A model generated the notes under the pieces. The model had not been told where the DNA came from, ran no database searches, and saw nothing but the letters and a program-made list of their open reading frames with translations. DNA of 64,000 nucleotides from Gekko japonicus (lineage: Eukaryota), in assembly GCF_001447785.1 (NCBI RefSeq), contig NW_015168652.1, positions 2,045,631-2,109,630 on the forward strand. The letters are read 5' to 3'. The position numbers and the translations under genes were made by a program. The number at the start of each line of letters is the position of its first letter. Position 1 is the first letter of the stretch. This document shows, in pieces, positions 58,417 through 64,000 of this stretch.

Positions 58417-59176
58417 TAAATATTCTGTGTGCCCCATAACTCCTAAATATTCTGTGTGCCACTTCATATCCAGAATGAATTAATGGGGCATTTATCTGAT
58501 GGGCTTGTGACTACATTTCCACACCCCAAACTTGAACCTTAAGCCTTCACTGTTTGTTTGTTACTAGTAAGGCACAAAGTCTACACACTCTCCCTGCACA
58601 CAGGTGACCCATGTTTCGGATTTTTATTACATCATTCATATCCGACCTTTCTCCACAGTGGGCACCCACAGCTGCTTACATCATTCTCCTTTCCCCTGTT
58701 CTATCCTCTCAACAACCCTTTAGTGTGTGTCTGGGATTTGACCTCAGTGTCTTTGATCCTGGTTCAGCACTAACCACTACACCATGCTGGCTCTTTTATA
58801 GCCAAAGGACTCTAGTTGTCCTCTAGAATGTTGATGTACAAACTGCAAAATTTAGGCAAGGGAGGAGTGAAATTCTGTCACAATCTTCCTGGAAGAATCA
58901 AGGGAACGCCTACTTCTCCAGTTTTAAAATTAAGGTGTATGCAATTTCATGATTAATTTTAATATGATGCATTGTGAATATCAAACAGAAGTAGTTCATT
59001 ATTGTTGTTGTTGTTGTTGTTATCTGCCCTGTTGTCTTCAACTTTCCCTCCTTCCCTTCCCAAGTAGCCTATACCCAAGAAAACTGGCCCAGGTGGGGAA
59101 CCTGCAAGGACTTGTAGTGGACACCTCATTTTCCTCTGTATTCCCTTCCCCATANNNNNNNNNNNNNNNNNNNNNN

Positions 59177-59465
59177 GGTCAAGTGTGCAGACTCTAATCT
59201 GTAGTGGTCAAGTGTGCAGACTCTAATCTGGGAGAACCGGGTTTGATTCCCCACTCCTCCACTTGCACCTGCTGGATGACTTTGGGCAAGTCATAATTCT
59301 GCCAGAGCTGTCGTTGAAAGCGCAGTTCTGGAAAGAGCTCTCTCAGCCCCACCTACCTCACAGGGCGTCTGTTGTGGGGAGGGGAAGGGAAAGGAGTTTG
59401 TAAGCCGCTCTGAGACTCTGAGTGAAGGGCGCGGTATAAATTCAATCTCTTCTTTTTCTCCTTCC
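59177..59465 (+). mobile_element. Young Squam3B-like SINE (5' end in a gap)
   Basis: Same family as 8598-8882. Confidence 0.85.
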
Positions 59466-59549
59466 TAACCACCTTTCTCTGCTTCGTGTCCACCCAACAG
59501 CATACCTACCAACCTACCTTTTATCTGGATCCCATTTTCAGCTACATTT

Positions 59550-59771
59550 ATCATTTCATTTGTGTCTTGTCTTTCTCCACAATGGGAACCCACAGCAGCT
59601 TGTATCATTCTCCTCTCCTCCATTTTATCCTCACAGCTACCTGTGAGATAAATTAGTCTGAGAATATGTTACTGGCCCAAGGTCACCTAGTGAGCTTCCA
59701 CAGCAGAGTGGTAATTTAAACCTGAGTCTCCCAGATCCTAGTCTGAAACTTTAACCACAACACCACACTGT
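59550..59771 (-). mobile_element. Squam3A-like SINE
   Basis: GGCCCAAGGTCACC...GTCTCCCAGATCCTAGTCTGAAACTTTAACCACAACACCACACTG. Confidence 0.7.
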
Positions 59772-60066
59772 GCGGGATTTTTTTGGGGGGGGAGTGGGCT
59801 GGTGTTGACAGTAGCAAGCAGTGAGTCATACAAGTTGTGTGGTATTAAGTAGCCTGGTGGTTGCTGGTGGGCCTGGCCCTGATGTGTCCTCCCTCAAAAG
59901 TCAAAACAGCCCTGGAAAGGGCCATGCCCCCCTACCCCCTGCTTTTTACTGACTGTAATTAAGGCTGCCCATCAGTGGATTAAGTGGATGCCCATCAGTG
60001 GCCACTGAGGGCATCCACTACTGTCACTGCTTCTATTATTGGGGGGGGGGTTAATCCCCCCGATTA

Positions 60067-61374
60067 TCTATATATCTAATTTCCAACAGAGTGCGCCGTG
60101 TGCGGATCCTTATTTCCACTAACAGGAAGCTCACTCTGCCCCAACAGCTTTTCCTACATAGTGAGTATACCTCCTGTGTCTGCAGAAAAATCCAAGAAGT
60201 AAAAAAATCCCTTCAGGGATGGCTGAATCCCCCCAAATACCTTTTGAAATGGCCTCTGCAGGGATCTAACTCCAGGCATCAACGGTGAGAGAGAGATTAG
60301 AACATTCGGGGAGGGAGGCTTCTAACTGGCTCTGTGAGTCAAAGGGTGGGGGAAGGGCCCTTTCTAGGCCTCTTTTGGCCTTTCAAGGAGGGAGGGAGGA
60401 AGGGAGCCTTGGGGCCAGGCCTCACAAGACTTGCCAGTGCCAGGCTGGGGGATTTCTTGAGATTTTGTGGAGGGCTGGGTTTGGGAAGGGAGAGGCCTCA
60501 GCTGGGTATAATGCCACAGAGTCCACCCCCAAAAGCAGCCATTTCCTCCTGGGAGACAGATCTCTGCTGTCTTGAGTTCAGTTGTAATTCTGGGGAAGGG
60601 GGGTGCTCCAGGCCCCACTTAGACATTGGCAAACCCCCCCCCCCCAGCCACCGACAGGGGATTGTGGATAAGGTTGCTAGGTCCAGGCTGGGAAACTCCT
60701 GGAAATTTGCGGGCGGAGCCTGAGGAGGACAGGGGGCTCAGTGGAGTACAATGTCACAGAGTCCACCCTCCAAAACATCCATTTTCTCCATGGGAAGTTA
60801 TCTCTGTAGTCTGGAGATGAGCAGTAATTCCAGGCATCCCCAGGTCCAACTGGAGGGTGGCATCCCTAGGCAGCACCCTCTGGATGACTTGATACCACCT
60901 GATTTGCATGATTCAAGTAGGCCCAGCTGCTTGCTANNNNNNNNNNNNNNNNNNNNNNNNNNNNNNNNNNNNNNNNNNNNNNNNNNNNNNNNNNNNNNNN
61001 NNNNNNNNNNNNNNNNNNNNNNNNNNNNNNNNNNNNNNNNNNNNNNNNNNNNNNNNNNNNNNNNNNNNNNNNNNNNNNNNNNNNNNNNNNNNNNNNNNNN
61101 NNNNNNNNNNNNNNNNNNNNNNNNNNNNNNNNNNNNNNNNNNNNNNNNNNNNNNNNNNNNNNNNNNNNNNNNNNNNNNNNNNNNNNNNNNNNNNNNNNNN
61201 NNNNNNNNNNNNNNNNNNNNNNNNNNNNNNNNNNNNNNNNNNNNNNNNNNNNNNNNNNNNNNNNNNNNNNNNNNNNNNNNNNNNNNNTGTGAGAGAGGTA
61301 GGGGGAGACAGGAGGAAGCAAAGGCGTGAGGAATAGGATAACCATCCCGCAAGTTTCTTGCGGGTCTCCACTTG
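60067..61374 (+). mobile_element. Non-autonomous Helitron-like composite element, copy C (contains a 350-N gap)
   Basis: A|TCTATATATCTAAT start; perfect hairpin CCCGCAAG-TTT-CTTGCGGG (61346-61364) then CTTG|T; homologous to copy B. Confidence 0.75.
60937..61286. other. Assembly gap (other gaps at 49850-49910, 59155-59176, 62642-62718)
   Basis: Runs of N. Confidence 0.99.
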
Positions 61375-62918
61375 TATTTATTTATTTCAGACTTTTCTGC
61401 AAATGCAGGGCTTTAATGGGTTTCTATAAATATCTGTCTTGTCTATCCATGGCTCTAGTTCCATCCTGGATTTAAGTATCCACAGATGGAGCCATGTGGA
61501 GAATTAGATATAGTGATTATGATCATTATTTTTTAAAAAATCTCTCCAGTGCATGAGGAATTACCATAGCAGGTGAATGCGATGGTGGATCAGAGTGAAG
61601 GTGTCATGAGAATCTGTTTGTTGAACAGGTTTTGTTTTCACATTCTCCTGGTCAATAGAATAACACAGATTTTTTCCCCCTCAGATGGATTGATTGGTCA
61701 GACTAAAGGTTTTTTACCTTGTTCTTTGTTGTGCACAGTAGCCTGTTTACTTCAGTTGTCTGAATGTTGTTTTTGAACTACACTTGCCATATAATTGCTC
61801 ATGGTGTAATTAAAATGGCTTGCTTGCTTTTACTCATGAAGCACTGTAATTTTGATTATCATAGGCTGAGTTCTGTTGTTTTGGGGACGAGTCCATTAGG
61901 GAATGACTGGCTGTATAGTCCCTCACAGTATGTAGTTGAACAAGAAAACCTTGGTGGTTTCTGTGCTCATCTTGTGATTCTTTGATACGGAATCCTGATT
62001 CTTCAGGCTATAGATATATGAGTTTCTACAGTATTAAGATAGTCCAGGGAATAATTTTATGTAGTGATTTACGTGGATTGCTACATTTTTTCTTCTTGCC
62101 ATCACTGAATTTTCACTCCAGTCCTTCGCTACCATTTTTTTTGTCCAACTGTATCATCATGCATTTCTGTTCTTCACTTTGCTTACATTGTAAATAAAGG
62201 CAAAGGGAGGGAAATCGTTGGGGCATATCATGCTAGCTGCACAATACTTTGTTTCTGCCTCCTCCTTGATTTCAGGTAAAAAGCCTGGGAATGGCCAGAG
62301 GCACAAGCGAAAGGACTTTTAGCACCAGGCTTGTGGCTATCGAGAAAGCTGGCTGCTGGATGCAGGACCTGCCAAGAAAGTGGTTTCATTTTTTTGCTTG
62401 TTTAACAGTATTTCACATGTTTATATTGTTGTTTATTTAAATGTTACTTAAATAAATGTTTATTTATTTAAATGTTAATTTTGTGAATAGCTTTGGGTCT
62501 CTACTAGGGAAAAAAGTGGGTTAATAAATTACCTCAATAAAATTTTAAGCACACTGTGAATTTTCATTGGCAAAGAATGTATCATTTTTGCCTTTTCTGT
62601 GCTATACTTAGCTCAGGTTTGGTGCTTTATATATGTAGGGANNNNNNNNNNNNNNNNNNNNNNNNNNNNNNNNNNNNNNNNNNNNNNNNNNNNNNNNNNN
62701 NNNNNNNNNNNNNNNNNNGGGAAATAGCCATAATGAAATCACACCATTAACCATTATGGAATTAAAAAGTGCCATGATTTACCAGGTTGCATAATGTCTC
62801 AAGGAATATGTAGGCAACATTTCCTTTTTTGACTTGCTTGGGCCTACAGTTTTTTTAAAGCACCTTTAATAGTGTTGTGGTTTCATAATACCAATGAGTG
62901 GAGAAGATGTTTTATGCC

Positions 62919-63412
62919 CAGGGCTTTTTTTGTAGAAAAAGCCCAGCAGGAACTCATTAGCATAATAGGCCACACCCAGTAGCAGAAACTCATTAGCATA
63001 TTATGCCACACCCCTGACAGCACAACTCATTAGCATATTATGGCACACCCCATGCCTTCCCTTGGCTTGCCTGGGCGCCCTGCAGCTGCAGGGAGCCTGG
63101 GCAAGCCAGTCCTTGGAGGGAAGGGAAGGCAGTGAACCTTCCCTTGGCTTGCCTGGGTGCCCCGTAGCCGCGGGGTGCCGTGCAAGCCCCCCCCTTGAAG
63201 GGAAGGCTGCGGGGCACCCGGGCAAGCCAGCCCTTCCCTTTCTCCCTGATCCTTCCAGGGCCCTCCCTGGTCCACCCCCCTCAGAGTTGCGGGGGGGGGT
63301 GTCGTTCTCCAGGCCTTCCCTCTGTAGCCAAGCACACAGAGGTTTTGGCTGTAGTGGGCGTGGCCAACTCTGAAGCCAGCTGGAACTCCGTTCCTGCCCC
63401 AAAATAGCCCTA
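62919..63412. mobile_element. hAT MITE (CTCATTAGCATA family)
   Basis: TIR CAGGGCTTTTT / AAAATAGCCCTA; perfect TSD TTTATGCC (62911-62918, 63413-63420). Confidence 0.88.
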
Positions 63413-64000
63413 TTTATGCCTCACCATTAGCTAAGATTACAGGAGGCATTTCCTTATCAACATCATAATTAAGCCTCTTTGTGTGTGTTTAAAAACACAC
63501 ACAGACACGCAAATATCTTTTTGCTTCCAAAGCTCTTCATGGTGGCCTTATCTCCAAGGTAACTGTGTTGTTCATTTTTTAAAATGGGAGAGAAATTGTT
63601 GAGTTTGGAAATTGTTCTGTAGGCAGAGCTTTTTCCTTTTTGGCTGATTGGGGCAGCTGTAGCAAGACCCAGTGCGGACCTGGCCTTCCATGGGCTGCGC
63701 CAGGTTCCTATGATGCTCTTTGTGCTATTGTTTCCCTACCATTTGTTGCATAGCAAGGGCGAATAGACGTTTCTAGATGGGTTGGAAGTGGAACATAAAA
63801 GTAAAGGTTGTTTTCCTCCAGTGCCATCCCTGAAAAATGACACACAGCAGCCACATTCTCTCTAGATTCGTCTTCATTAAGTGGTATCTTAAAATAATCT
63901 AAATTCTGTTTATTTCCTTCTCTGCTTTTCAAAACACTTCCTAATTACAAGGTGTAGGTGGCTAGTGGGAAGTTGTAAATCCATTGTAATTCAGGACTGT

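Noticed and set aside
59177-59230. 29-bp duplication at the SINE 5' end
   Set aside because: Directly beside an N gap; probably an assembly artefact.
60751-61371. ORFs containing long X runs
   Set aside because: Artefacts of the assembly gap.
62276-62380. Possible exon after a pyrimidine tract and CAG
   Set aside because: No good donor and no similarity to NAPE-PLD or any protein I recognise.

Overview
Vertebrate nuclear DNA, not prokaryotic. The repeat content (Squam3-like and Sauria SINEs, 5S-derived SINEs, BovB/RTE, CR1, L2) points to a squamate, most likely a gecko. The window holds the last 10 coding exons of DNAJC2 (+, 604-13116) and all 13 coding exons of PMPCB (-, 37885-13476; 1470 nt = 489 aa + stop), arranged tail to tail. 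Their poly(A) signals face each other 23 bp apart. A CpG island at ~55-56.3 kb probably marks the start of the next gene (NAPEPLD by synteny; no recognisable NAPEPLD coding exon is in the window). The rest is transposon-rich: many hAT MITEs with 8-bp TSDs, four non-autonomous Helitron-like elements (three from one composite family carrying SINE/MITE cargo), and Penelope-like fragments with hammerhead-ribozyme motifs, two showing the U3-A8 covariation. I found no clearly novel protein-coding system. The best leads are the composite Helitrons, the hammerhead motifs, the bidirectional poly(A) site and a possible N-terminal exon at 55.3-55.5 kb. Almost all ORFs in the supplied track are spurious or TE-derived.
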